From assembly GCA_963845065.1 (NCBI GenBank), contig CAWJQQ010000002.1, forward strand, positions 512,001-576,000: a stretch of 64,000 nt of DNA, in the 5' to 3' direction. The position numbers were made by a program, and so were the translations under genes. The notes beneath the pieces were generated by a model. That model was given only the letters and a program-made list of their open reading frames with translations, was not told where the DNA came from and searched no databases. Origin of the DNA: Nitrospirota bacterium. Lineage in GTDB: Bacteria; Nitrospirota; UBA9217. Positions 1 to 10,771 of this stretch are shown one piece after another. How positions within the stretch are numbered: position 1 is the first letter of the stretch; each line of letters begins with the position of its first letter.

Positions 1-1
1 C

Positions 2-205
2 GATGAGGGTTATTGCACATGGCGGGGAATGACCCCGACGGACCATATCGATTCTGTGAAGGAGCGCACAGTTCTGGTGCAGCTCGCCAAAACTGACCGA
101 AAACGGTATTTCGAGGAAATCAAATCATGGGGGAACACCCGGATGGAACGTCTTGCTCGGGAAGGATGGAGGAAAGCAATTGAAAGAGAGCCTGCAGAAT
201 TATAA
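2..205 (+). CDS. 3' end of a hypothetical protein (partial, runs off the window edge)
   Basis: Open frame from base 2 (DEGYCTWRGMTPTDH...EREPAEL) to TAA; function not recognised. Confidence 0.5.
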   Translation, partial: DEGYCTWRGMTPTDHIDSVKERTVLVQLAKTDRKRYFEEIKSWGNTRMERLAREGWRKAIEREPAEL

Positions 206-230
206 AACAAAACGGTCTTCCAATGACTTC

Positions 231-365
231 GTGGCAAAAAAAGTAGATATCCTTACTTCATGCCCTATATGCGGCGGTGAGGTTGAAATCTGGCCGGGAG
301 GACAGGAGACAGTATGCATCTTCTGCCGGTACCACTTGTTCGAAAATGAAAAAACGGTCCATTAA
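231..365 (+). CDS. Small zinc-ribbon protein (44 aa)
   Basis: GTG start; CPICG...CIFC, two CxxC motifs. Confidence 0.5.
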   Translation: MAKKVDILTSCPICGGEVEIWPGGQETVCIFCRYHLFENEKTVH

Positions 366-368
366 CGC

Positions 369-406
369 TTCGATGGCTTCGTTCATGCATGAACGAAGCC
401 ATCGAA
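369..406. repeat. Perfect 38-bp palindrome
   Basis: TTCGATGGCTTCGTTCATGCATGAACGAAGCCATCGAA equals its own reverse complement. Confidence 0.9.
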
Positions 407-637
407 AAAACATCTGGCGTGGCAGCAGGAGGTTCGTAGTAAAAGGGGGGTATTGAGTATCCTCAATCGAGCCATCCGTTGCCCGGAAACTACGTGATGA
501 ATCTTCATTCGCGAAGGTTTATTGCGCCTTAGATGGATTATAGAAAATAGTGTGCGTGAAGAAATGGTTGCCCTCGTTTTTCTGGTATACTAATATTATT
601 GTGTAAAAATCAAGCCTACACCAATGGAGGAATTAAC

Positions 638-1216
638 ATGCCGTACACCGCGAAGGATTACGCAAAACTTGTCGGGATGGAAGGATTCAGCGAAACGCTC
701 TTGAAGAATCATTTTACCCTCTACCAAGGCTATGTGACTAACACGAACAAGGTGCTAGACAACCTCGACCAGATGTCCAAAGAAGGTAAGACTGCAACGC
801 CCGAGTTTGCAGAACTTAAGCGCAGGCTCGGATGGGAGTTCAACGGAATGCGGCTACACGAATACTATTTTGAGAACCTTGGCAGTAAGGGCAGCATCGA
901 TAAGAACAGCAAGGTCGCTAAAAAACTGGCCGAGAGCTTCGGAAGCTACGAGGCATGGGAAAAGGACTTTAGAGCCACCGGTGCGATGCGCGGCATCGGA
1001 TGGGTCGTCTTGTACCAGGATGCTGTCTCGGGAAGATCCATCAATTTCTGGATCAATGAACACGACGTTTCTCATCCCGCAGGATGCAATCCGCTGCTCA
1101 TCCTGGACGTCTTTGAACATGCGTTCATGCTAGATTACGGTTTGAAGCGGGCGGATTACATCGAGTCTTTTTTCAAGAACATAAATTGGTCCGCAGTCGA
1201 ATCGCGGCTGAAATAA
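638..1216 (+). CDS. sod: Fe/Mn superoxide dismutase (ChrC-like subgroup)
   Basis: GGAGG RBS before ATG 638; LHEYYFENL and DVFEHAFMLDY metal-ligand motifs. Confidence 0.9.
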   Translation: MPYTAKDYAKLVGMEGFSETLLKNHFTLYQGYVTNTNKVLDNLDQMSKEGKTATPEFAELKRRLGWEFNGMRLHEYYFENLGSKGSIDKNSKVAKKLAESFGSYEAWEKDFRATGAMRGIGWVVLYQDAVSGRSINFWINEHDVSHPAGCNPLLILDVFEHAFMLDYGLKRADYIESFFKNINWSAVESRLK

Positions 1217-1349
1217 AGCGGTTTCATCCTCTTATGGTAAGGGTGAACAACCATTGTTTGCCCAGACTACTTCACGCTATCAAAGAAGAGATATGAAGTT
1301 GCCATACAGATCCAACATCAACTATTTTAAAAAAAGGAGAACGAGACCT

Positions 1350-1844
1350 ATGTCAAACACTGAGCAGAATCTGATGAACGCATTTGCCGGAGAATCGCAA
1401 GCAAACAGAAAATACCTGGCCTTTGCCAAAAAGGCGGAGGAGGAAGGCTACGCACAGGTGGCGAGGCTCTTTCGAGCCGCGGCAGCAGCTGAAACTATTC
1501 ATGCCCATAACCACCTTAGGGCGCTGGGCGCTGTTAAATCTACGAAGGACAATCTGTTGGCTGCCATTGGTGGTGAAACCTATGAGTTCCAGAAAATGTA
1601 TCCCCCAATGATGGCTGACGCTAAAGAAGATGGCAACGACAAAGCCTTCATGAGCTTCCGTGGGGCAAATGAGGTGGAAAAAATCCACGCTGCTCTTTAT
1701 CAAAAAGCACTTGATAATCTCGGCACAAACGTTGTTACAGATTATTATGTATGCTCTGTCTGCGGTTACACCGCCGAAGGTGACGCTCCGGACGAATGTC
1801 CGGTCTGCAAGGCAAAGAAGCGGGCATTTCATAAAGCGGAATAA
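1350..1844 (+). CDS. rbr: Rubrerythrin
   Basis: AFAGESQANRKY, ExxH diiron motifs, C-terminal CSVCG...CPVC rubredoxin domain; AGGAG RBS. Confidence 0.93.
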   Translation: MSNTEQNLMNAFAGESQANRKYLAFAKKAEEEGYAQVARLFRAAAAAETIHAHNHLRALGAVKSTKDNLLAAIGGETYEFQKMYPPMMADAKEDGNDKAFMSFRGANEVEKIHAALYQKALDNLGTNVVTDYYVCSVCGYTAEGDAPDECPVCKAKKRAFHKAE

Positions 1845-1846
1845 TA

Positions 1847-2420
1847 GTGAAAATCATTGCCTTAAACGGCAGCCCCCGTGCCGGTGGGAACACTGAAGTG
1901 CTTCTGATTGAGGCGCTCAAACCTCTTCGGGAAGCAGCACATGAGGTGAGGGTCTTCCCCCTCAATTCTATGAATTTCAAGCCATGCCAAGACTGCGGCG
2001 GCTGCCTCGCAACCGGCCTGTGTATACATTCCGACGATATGAGTAAAATCTATGATGCTATTCGGGAGGCCGAGAGGATAATTCTCGCCTCCCCAATTTT
2101 TTTCTACGGCCTAAGCGCGCAAGCCAAAACGATGGTCGACCGCTGCCAGTCCTTCTGGTGTGAAAAATATCGCATTAAAAAATGTATCCCCGCGGGTATT
2201 AAAGGAAGGAAAGGTCTACTGCTGCTTGTTGGTGGAATGAAAAAAGATGACGGAAGACAAGGTGCGGAGGTTGTGGCTACAGCTTTTTTCAGAACTGTGA
2301 GCGTGCCTGAGCATGAGACACTATTCTTCGGCGGTGTAGACGCCGAAAGGAGACATCATTAAACATCCGACGGCGTTAAAAGAGGCCTATGAAGCTGGGA
2401 AGAGGCTCAGCAGCAATTGA
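1847..2420 (+). pseudogene. Flavodoxin family / NADPH-dependent FMN reductase (iron-sulfur flavoprotein-like) with a +1 frameshift near the 3' end
   Basis: NGSPRAGGNT, CQDCGGC...C, ASPIFF motifs; removing one base at ~2345 restores KGDIIKHPTALKEAYEAGKRL to TGA at 2418-2420. May be a sequencing error. Confidence 0.8.
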
Positions 2421-2452
2421 CAACTCCCCATGGTTATAACCAGAGGACTTTC
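2417..2452 (-). mobile_element. Solo IS200/IS605-type right end
   Basis: Minus strand AAAGTCCTCTGGTTATAACCATGGGGAGTTGTCAA: imperfect hairpin ending in TCAA. Confidence 0.6.
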
Positions 2453-2519
2453 CTGGAGGTTCTGTAATCTTATTTGTTATCATGCCTTCGGCCATTTCAA
2501 ACCCGCCCAAGAGATCATT

Positions 2520-4183
2520 CTGACCGCTCCCCATAGTTAAAGGCAATACCGACATTCTCTCTGGCAACAACGCAAACATTGCCAGCCTCGACTGTCGTTG
2601 ATCCGTCTTTGACGGGCGAGCTGCTCTGTCTCCGGTCTGCGCTTGTACTTACCTTCATTGCTCGCGCGAGACCGAAGCTGGCCGGATGAATCCGGCCTAT
2701 CGCCGCTTCTTGCTGTACCCTCAACACCGCCCGTTCCAGGAGCAGGTTTGCACCCGGCCAGGCTGCTAGAGCCTGGCGCGTGTTGAGGACATCGTTCGAA
2801 AACGTACTTTGCGAAAAATGCGGAATATAGATCTCGCTATGCATCCGCACCACATGCGCAAACGTGTTGCCGCTTTGAGAGGAGCTTCTTTTTAACTTCA
2901 CCGCAGTGGCATGTCTCTGAAAGTTTCGTGCTCTGGGTAGGGAATTCGATTATCTGGCCGCCAGCGTTTTCGGCTTTGCGGCGAAGCATCAAAATAAACA
3001 TACCCGGAACTCGTCTTGATACGCTTTTGCTAAATGTTCTTTGAAAGGCTTCGTACGAAAGTTTCTCGGTTTTAATGTTAGTTCCGAGCTTAAGAATCTC
3101 ATTGGCAGGCTTTCCATGAGATCGTTTTCTAGTTGCAGCGAGGATCCGCTTAAGCTCTGCCAACACAGCTTTTAGAGCGCGGTATTGAGCGGAGAAGACC
3201 CACTGCTTTTTGCCGGACTTGATTGTGCCGTTCTCGTTGTAGTTATCTGGATTAGTGGCTCTAAGGCTTCTGTCCCTCTTGCGCTGCACAACCCTGATTT
3301 GTTTGTACGGAATCTCGACTTCCGGGCAGAACTCAACGAGCCGGGCATCAGTATCGCCAACGATAGCGCCTGTGGATGGGCCGATGTCTAAACCAACAGT
3401 CTCGGTACCGATCTGGTTCTCTCGCTTGATCTTAGCCGTGCCCTTTAGTACGAGTTGGGCAAACCAGCGGGGGGTTCCGCCGATGGTCTTCTTGACTAGC
3501 CGGACATATTTGACTTCATGGCTAAGCGTGTGAGCCTGGACACCGAACTTGTCCTTGTGATCGAAGAGACAGCTGAGGTTAAGTCCAGACCACTCGACAT
3601 GATCATCGCACCACCGTATCCCGGATGCGTTGTTTTTGCCTTCAACGGACGACATCCAGCCACGGCGCTTGAACCGGGGCTTGCCATGCTTGCCAAACTC
3701 GTAGTCGGCTACGGCATTGTATGCCCTGGTCGCTAATTTTTGGGCAGTCAGGCTATCGATATGGTCGCCGATCCAGCATGCGTTTCTAAACCGACCGACG
3801 TACTCATGGAGGCTGTATTCGGTATGGTTGGCTTGGTTTCTGGCTGCCTTAAACATCTTGGTGAGCAGCTTGCTTTTCTTCTTTTTAATTGCTGTGCACC
3901 ATTTGACAGAACTACGCATCGCAGCAAGACGTTTCAACGCTTCGCCAAGGCAGGCATTATACAGATGGCGGCCAGCCTCGAGGCGAATATCAAGCATTCG
4001 GTTGTCTTTGCGGGTAGTTACGACTTGATGCTCATGGATGAAAGAGGGGGTTTTAGATTTATTACGAGGCATTACTATGTTTAATATACCATATTAATGA
4101 ACATTTGTCTAGCAACTGTCGAGGAATTAAGTTCCCGCATTCATCACCATGGTTAAAACAAGGAGGTTTCTGCGGATGGTTTG
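2520..4183 (-). mobile_element. tnpB-only IS200/IS605 element, copy 1 (degenerate)
   Basis: Left end CAAACCATCCGCAGAAA preceded by TTAC (4184-4187); right end ...GGGGAGCGGTCAG with ~16 bp deleted relative to copy 3. Confidence 0.9.
2530..4072 (-). pseudogene. tnpB: TnpB RNA-guided nuclease, truncated
   Basis: VGLDIGPST and TEKLSY present; TAG at 2837-2839 replaces the Q of QRDLYSA; a further +1 frameshift at ~2800. Confidence 0.9.
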
Positions 4184-4304
4184 GTAAAAGAGTAATCCTT
4201 TCCAGCCCTCGTAACAATAAATTTGTTAATTTTTGTCTTGTCGATAAAACGCTCTCAACTCTTGATCTGCCGAATATCTTAATCCCACCCCCCCCCTATT
4301 AATA

Positions 4305-4338
4305 AAAAAGGCCGGCATGCTATGGAACATGCCGGCCT
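4305..4338 (-). terminator. Intrinsic terminator of amtB-glnK
   Basis: GGCCGGCATG/CATGCCGGCC stem followed by a T-run on the minus strand. Confidence 0.85.
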
Positions 4339-4361
4339 AAGGGAAGATTAACAGCGATCTC

Positions 4362-4709
<348 letters not shown>

Positions 4710-4835
4710 TTATTGTTATGCGACCACGTTTCCAGTCTTAGCCGGGATTCACAGATTTGCACATATTGCATTTAAACCTGATTTTGTATTCGCCGGGTTC
4801 CGCATCAGCCGAACGGTGATTCCTAAACAAGTTGT

Positions 4836-6191
4836 TTAGTTGTATGCTCGCTCGCCATGCTGACTCTCGTCAAGTCCAACCGACTCGTCTTCAGCATCGA
4901 CCCGTACACCGATAATGGCCTTTATGATCATGAAGATCACATAGGTCATGACCCCGCTGTAGACAAACGTCACGAGCACGGCAATGACCTGAATCAGAAG
5001 CTGGCCGGGATTGCCGTACAGGAGGCCCTTGCCTGCGGCATTGATTGCTGGGTCTGCGAATACACCGGTGAGGATTGCACCGATGGTTCCGCCGACTCCG
5101 TGGATGCCGAAGGCATCAAGGGTATCGTCGTAACCGAACCTGGGCTTCATCTTTGCCACTGCATAGAAAGGAATTATGCCTGCGGCAATGCCAATCACTA
5201 TCGCGCCACCTACGTTGACGTACCCGGCTGCCGGAGTAATGGCGACCAGGCCACCGACAGCGCCTGAAGCAAGGCCTAAGACGGTCGGTTTGCCGGAATG
5301 CTTCCATTCCACAAACATCCAAGCCAGCGCTGCAACCGCTGTAGCCGTGTTGGTGTTGAGGAAGGCCGCGCTTGCCAGTCCGCTTGCCGCGAGCGCAGAA
5401 CCGGCATTGAACCCGAACCATCCGAACCAGAGGAGTCCTGCACCTGTGACCACCAGGGTCAGATTACCCGGGATTATTGCCTTTTCGCGTCTTTTGCCAA
5501 GGATCAAGGCCCCGACAAGCGCCGCGATACCGGCATTGATGTGCACGACTGTCCCACCCGCGAAATCCAGCGCTCCGAGTTTGGCCAAAAAGCCATTGCC
5601 CCATACCCAGTGTGCGATTGGGAGGTAGACCACAGTCATCCAGAGCACGGAAAAAATAATCCAGGCAGAAAACTTCATCCGCTCGATGTAAGCCCCGCTT
5701 GCCAATGCCACGGTAATCGCCGCAAAGGTAAGCTGGTAAACTATGAAAATAAACTCGGGTATCGTTTTTGCGAGATCCGATATGCTGTTTGGACCCACGC
5801 CTTTTAAAAAGAGCTTCGATGCGCTGCCAATGAGTCCCCGTACATCGTCGCCGAATGCAAAAGTATACCCGTAAATGACCCAGAGCAGGCTAACAATGCA
5901 AAATGTGACAAAGGTCATGGCCATAGTGTTGAGCGCATCCTTTGTCTTTGCCAGACCGCCGTAAAAGAGTGCCAAGCCGGGTACGGACATGAGCATGACC
6001 AAGGCAGTTGCAACGATCATCCAGGCTGTGTCCCCAGTATCGATCTTCGGTGCAGGAGCGGTGGACGGAGCTGCTGCAGCTAGCGCGGGTGATGCTGCTT
6101 CTTCTGCCATTACCAAGGCCGGTGTGCACAATGCTGCAAACACCAAGAATACCGCTACTATCAAAAACGATTTCATTAATACTGCTTTCAT
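4836..6191 (-). CDS. amtB: Ammonium transporter
   Basis: DFAGGTVVH, WFGWFGFNAGS, DDTLDAFGIHG motifs; N-terminal signal-like segment. Confidence 0.96.
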   Translation of the reverse strand: MKAVLMKSFLIVAVFLVFAALCTPALVMAEEAASPALAAAAPSTAPAPKIDTGDTAWMIVATALVMLMSVPGLALFYGGLAKTKDALNTMAMTFVTFCIVSLLWVIYGYTFAFGDDVRGLIGSASKLFLKGVGPNSISDLAKTIPEFIFIVYQLTFAAITVALASGAYIERMKFSAWIIFSVLWMTVVYLPIAHWVWGNGFLAKLGALDFAGGTVVHINAGIAALVGALILGKRREKAIIPGNLTLVVTGAGLLWFGWFGFNAGSALAASGLASAAFLNTNTATAVAALAWMFVEWKHSGKPTVLGLASGAVGGLVAITPAAGYVNVGGAIVIGIAAGIIPFYAVAKMKPRFGYDDTLDAFGIHGVGGTIGAILTGVFADPAINAAGKGLLYGNPGQLLIQVIAVLVTFVYSGVMTYVIFMIIKAIIGVRVDAEDESVGLDESQHGERAYN

Positions 6192-6247
6192 TGTACATTC
6201 CTCCCCGTGTGATGAACCCGTGTTTAATTATTTTGCAGATGATATAA

Positions 6248-6263
6248 AGCAAGGCATGTGCCA
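6248..6263 (-). promoter_or_regulatory. Sigma54 (-24/-12) promoter of amtB-glnK
   Basis: Minus strand TGGCAC-ATGCC-TTGCT, a consensus match ~57 bp upstream of the start codon. Confidence 0.85.
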
Positions 6264-6549
6264 AATAATAAGACTGTATTCAATGAAAAAAATATCTGAT
6301 TTTATACCGAAATTTTATTATGTCTATTCACTGTACGTTTGCTGATGCATTAACCAGAGATGCAATTTTAGGCAGATGACTAAATGATGAGCATATATTA
6401 TCGATGAGAATCACATGATTTTGCGATATAATCTTAGGCGCATTTACGAAATTAATATTAAAATACCTCATTGCGCTGCTGACCCTGCTATACTTAAAAA
6501 AAGTTCGTTGAGGCGAAAAAATGTCCGAATTACATGTTCTGATATTAGC

Positions 6550-6596
6550 TTGACGCACTCCCACCGCTAAAGCGTGTGGGATTTCCCGCGTTATTT
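6550..6596 (-). repeat. Solo IS605-like right-end hairpin, family A copy 1
   Basis: Minus strand CGCGGGAAATCCCACACGCTTTAGCGGTGGGAGTGCGTCAA; related copies at 34252, 39718 and 58578. Confidence 0.75.
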
Positions 6597-6627
6597 TTCC
6601 AAGAATTTAATGGCTATCCTTCTTTAT

Positions 6628-7009
6628 CAAATGATGCGGTAAAACCCCTGGTTTCAACCATGGGGATATAAGGCATGCCCTTCCCCATCCGTAAATTTGA
6701 CTTTCTTACTATATTCCGATACCTTGGATGCAGGCTTCAACTTTCAGCATTCCATGAATCTATGCGAAAAACTTTCCTGTATGAGGCTCGAGTAAAGTAG
6801 CGCCCCAGGGTACAAGTCGGATTTGTTCGAGCTATGGTGAGAAAGTACCAAAGACTCTTGCGGTACGAACTCACCGATGCTCCTATTGCGGTCTTGTGGT
6901 TGACCGGGATCTGAATGCATCCATTAATATTCTCCAGGCCAGTCAGGCGCTAACGTAATCAGTCGGCGTTGCCTGAGAATCCCCTGGATTTATCTATGGG
7001 AAGTGTCAA
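6628..7009 (+). mobile_element. 382-bp miniature IS605-family element (left end, tnpB 3' remnant, putative omegaRNA/right end)
   Basis: TTAT|CAAATGATGCGGTAAAACCCCTGGTTTCAACCATGGGG left end; remnant VAPQGTSRICSS...CSYCGLVVDRDLNASINIL; right end GAATCCCCTGGATTTATCTATGGGAAGTGTCAA. Confidence 0.85.
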
Positions 7010-7049
7010 ATGAGTTATCTGACACCAGGACTTACAACGGAGGCCACCA

Positions 7050-7967
7050 ATGGCTAAGACCAGAAAGATTCAAAAAGTAATAAAAAGCAAACCCACACTT
7101 GAAGGTGCCGGGGTGCATCTCAGGCGTGTATTCGGATACAGCGAAGTACCAATGTTTGACCCATTCCTGCTGCTCGACGATTTCCGAAATACTGACCCTT
7201 ATCTTTATATCAAGGGATTTCCCTGGCACCCTCATCGAGGGATCGAGACGATCACCTACGTTTTAAAGGGCGATGTAGAGCACGGAGACAGTATGGGGAA
7301 CAAAGGCGTCATTTCGTCCGGCGATACGCAGTGGATGACTGCCGGCAGCGGCATAATCCACCAAGAAATGCCCAAAGGAGATGACGACGGTGTCATGGAA
7401 GGATTTCAACTTTGGGCCAACCTGCCAAAAACCCATAAGATGATGGACCCACGTTACCGCGACATAAAGAATGCTCAGGTCCCGGAAGTAAAGCTCAAGA
7501 ACGGCGCAACAGTCAAACTTATCTGCGGGACCGTGGAGGGAAAGCAGGGGCCGGTCAAAGACATTGTCATCACTCCCGAGTACCTCGACATTACGCTCCC
7601 GCCGCTGTCGGAATTCATCCATGAAACACCTCGCGGCCACACCGTCTTCGCTTACGTTATCCAGGGCAAAGGCGTCTTCTGCAACGAGCGTAATCCCTTT
7701 GCCTACGATATCGAGGGCGTCAACTATTTCGACATGGAACGTGATTTTTACATCCACAACGGGACGGCTGTCCTTTTCGACGACGGCGATCAGGTAACGG
7801 TCTCGGCCCAGGGTGAACCTCTTCGTTTCTTACTTATTTCCGGTAAGCCCATTAAGGAGCCTGTAGCCTGGTACGGGCCGATCGTCATGACTACGGAAGA
7901 GGAACTTCGGATTGCTTTCGAGGAGTATCGGAACGGAACTTTTATCAAAGATACGCGCAAAATATGA
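7050..7967 (+). CDS. Pirin family protein
   Basis: DPFLLLD, GFPWHPHRGIET, WMTAGSGIIHQE; GGAGG RBS. Confidence 0.95.
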   Translation: MAKTRKIQKVIKSKPTLEGAGVHLRRVFGYSEVPMFDPFLLLDDFRNTDPYLYIKGFPWHPHRGIETITYVLKGDVEHGDSMGNKGVISSGDTQWMTAGSGIIHQEMPKGDDDGVMEGFQLWANLPKTHKMMDPRYRDIKNAQVPEVKLKNGATVKLICGTVEGKQGPVKDIVITPEYLDITLPPLSEFIHETPRGHTVFAYVIQGKGVFCNERNPFAYDIEGVNYFDMERDFYIHNGTAVLFDDGDQVTVSAQGEPLRFLLISGKPIKEPVAWYGPIVMTTEEELRIAFEEYRNGTFIKDTRKI

Positions 7968-8664
7968 TTATTGTCGCAGTACGCAGAGTAATATCATAAA
8001 TCCAGGCTCTTCCAACTCTACGATAACGAAGGCTAAACTTCGATCGTGTAGGTTTTTCTGCAATAAACTACTTAGAATCAAAAACTTCTCCTGCAGAGCC
8101 AAAACCGGAACGTCTCACGGACAGAGCTCTTTCAAGCCCGTCAGAATGGAATATGCTCGTCACATTGGTCATGCTGAAGAAGCGCAACACCATGTGATGC
8201 CACAGATGCGAGTCTATATAAGACTCGCAGGGCTATAGATTTTCATTTTTCGTAAAGCGCTTTCGCAAGGCCTCGGGGCTTTTGCGGCATCCCACTCTGG
8301 CAGCATATCCACAAAATGAAGAGCAGGTCACATTCCGAAAAGGAGTGAAGGTTTAGTTTTATATTTGTCGGTTGGATCGAACTGGCCCTAAAAAAAATCT
8401 GCTACATGGCTATCGAGTCGGTACACTTTTTGACAACAATATTGAGACCATAGTGCTACTGAATTATTACCATAGTATATATATATAGGTGTGATCGTGA
8501 AGTGCAGACTGAAGATGAACTTTAGAGGATAGGTTGTTCTGAAGATTTAAAACTTACGGCGTTGGCCTGCTTCAGGGCTATATATAGGGAAAGCAAAACA
8601 ATGCAACCTGTCAAGGTTTTGTAAACATGAAATAGCACATTCTCATACTTTTGAAAATATAGGT

Positions 8665-9072
8665 TTATTTTTTTTCTTTGTGGTATTCGACGCTGACTTC
8701 ATAAGCGATACTGGCATGACCGAGTCGGAGGTTATCACTTTTACCATTACAGACAATCTTGCCTGCAATCGTTTTTTTACGACTCTTCACCAGACCGCTG
8801 ACCACCGACGTCAGGTCGAAGCCACCGTTTGTACATTCATCCCGCATGCAGTCCATGCGAAAACATGCATAATCCGTAGGAAGGAAGTTTACCGTGCGCT
8901 TCATGAGAACAGGGTCAGAAGTTCTTTGAAGATAGGTCATGCGAAGAATGATACTCGAAACAGTTGGCATGCGATCCGATACTAAACCAGCAGCCAGCAT
9001 GGCACTCTTCTTCAGCTCCTGTTTTTCCATGTAATTTTGTTTATTCGTCACGATTCCTTTTTTTAAAGCCAT
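8665..9072 (-). CDS. Hypothetical protein with Cys/His residues (possible metal binding)
   Basis: 135-aa ORF in an AT-rich context; CFRMDCMRDEC...C...H. Confidence 0.6.
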   Translation of the reverse strand: MALKKGIVTNKQNYMEKQELKKSAMLAAGLVSDRMPTVSSIILRMTYLQRTSDPVLMKRTVNFLPTDYACFRMDCMRDECTNGGFDLTSVVSGLVKSRKKTIAGKIVCNGKSDNLRLGHASIAYEVSVEYHKEKK

Positions 9073-9383
9073 TATATTTTCTTAATAAACGGGGAAAACG
9101 ATCTTTTGATCCTTTATCGTCTATACCTAAACTATGTTACATAATCACACGTTTACACCCTAAAGTCAATATTTGATTATAAAAACGTTAAAATAATGCT
9201 TAAATAAATGAGGGGAATAATCATAATATTGCACTATTTTCAAATTATTTGTCTTTTGAAACGCTTCGGGTTTTTATCGTTCAACACGTAATCTGATTTG
9301 TATCTTGTACTTTCGAATCAGAAAATTAGACTCTTTATACTCCGCGCTATATACCACCTCGTCACTTCAAAGCAGGGTTAATG

Positions 9384-10367
9384 TTAACTATAGTCTTCCC
9401 TTCTCACAACGCCAATAATCGTCTCTCCCCGCAGAAATCGCATCACATTTTCTATGGCCTGACGAGTGCTTTCTTCGTTTATTCCAGATACCATAGCCGA
9501 ATTATGCGGCGAGCCAACCACATTAGGCAACGCGAGAAAAGGAAAAGTTGTTTTGAACTCACCATACGTGAACGGTTCAATCCACCAAGCATCGATGCCG
9601 GCTTTGAAATCAGGATGGCTAACAAGGTGATGATACAATTCAGCCTCGTCGATGATGTCTGCCCGCGCGACGTTGATGAGCATAGAGTCGTTCTTCATCC
9701 ATTCCAGCTCACGCTTTCCTATTAGACCACGCGTCGCTTTCGTAAGGGGAATCGATATTACTACAACGTCTGACTCGGTAAGAACGTAGCGAAGGTCCAT
9801 TAACGTGCCGATGAAGTCCACATGCTCATCGGTCCTGCCACTCGTGTTCAGAGCTAGGATTCGCATTCCAAGACTCCGCATCAAACGGGCCGCAGCGCGG
9901 CCGATCCCCCCGAAACCGATGATGCCGCAAATAATACCGCGCACCCTGCGATTAAGTAATGACTGGTTAAAGCTCCCTTTTCCCAGGTTCTGATGTTCCC
10001 GCACAAGGTTTTTGGACAAAGCCATCGTCAAGGCGAGAATATGTTCGGCCATGGGTTCAGCATAGGCCCCAACGTTACTAGCTATTGTGATGTTTGCGGG
10101 GAGTCCCGCATAGGGGATGTGGTCGGCGCCCGCAGAAAGAAGCTGGAGCAGCCTCACGTTTTGCAGAAGGTCGAGTTCGCTAGGCCCCACTTCCTTCGGC
10201 AGGTTCCAGGTTAGAAGCACTTCGGCAGCGACAAGCGTCTGCTCCCGCAGGCCCGTAGGCATGTCGCTTAGAAAATACAGCTTCGCCATATCACCTGCGA
10301 TTTTTTTCAGAATCTCGCGCCGCTCCTCGCGGACTTTGTAGGTTATGACAATGTTGTGTTTGTTCAT
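9384..10367 (-). CDS. D-isomer-specific 2-hydroxyacid dehydrogenase
   Basis: GIIGFGGIG Rossmann motif, INVARA, SPHNS; start could be 10406. Confidence 0.9.
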   Translation of the reverse strand: MNKHNIVITYKVREERREILKKIAGDMAKLYFLSDMPTGLREQTLVAAEVLLTWNLPKEVGPSELDLLQNVRLLQLLSAGADHIPYAGLPANITIASNVGAYAEPMAEHILALTMALSKNLVREHQNLGKGSFNQSLLNRRVRGIICGIIGFGGIGRAAARLMRSLGMRILALNTSGRTDEHVDFIGTLMDLRYVLTESDVVVISIPLTKATRGLIGKRELEWMKNDSMLINVARADIIDEAELYHHLVSHPDFKAGIDAWWIEPFTYGEFKTTFPFLALPNVVGSPHNSAMVSGINEESTRQAIENVMRFLRGETIIGVVRREDYS

Positions 10368-10501
10368 TAGTAAGCCCTCGTCTCCGTACTTAAATTTCTT
10401 TGCCATTTTAGTCTCTCTTTAAACGTAGCACAGGCCCGCGAGATGTCAACTAGTTGGCGCGTGGCTTTTCGAGATATCAATAATCTTCAATTAATATATA
10501 G

Positions 10502-10771
10502 TTGCCCAAATTAAACAAGTCGATCACTATTATCGTGGTGGAGCATAAAGACCGATTTACCCGTTTTGGTTTCAATGCTTATAAAGTTTTGCTTAATAAT
10601 GAGGGACGCGATATTGAACTGATTAATGAGGTCTCTGATGAGAAAGAGGACATTCTTCAGGACCTTATTTCTATTATCACCTCTTTTTGTACAAGTATAT
10701 ATAGGCAGAGAAAATGTAAACGCAAAACCGATAAAATCATTCAAGATTTGACGGGACATAAGAATGATTAA
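10502..10771 (+). pseudogene. tnpA: IS607-family serine-recombinase TnpA, C-terminal remnant
   Basis: IVVEHKDRFTRFGF and DLISIITSFCTSIY motifs; N-terminus missing; overlaps the tnpB start. Confidence 0.85.

Noticed and set aside
2837..2839. Pyrrolysine readthrough of the TAG in tnpB copy 1
   Set aside because: Paralogues have Gln here and a frameshift follows, so this is ordinary decay
4190..4290. HigA-like peptide fragment (IFGRSRVESVLS) on the minus strand
   Set aside because: Too short, no start codon, similarity may be chance
8240..8320. c-di-GMP riboswitch-like GCCGCAAAAGCC on the minus strand
   Set aside because: The P1/P2 architecture and a downstream gene could not be supported
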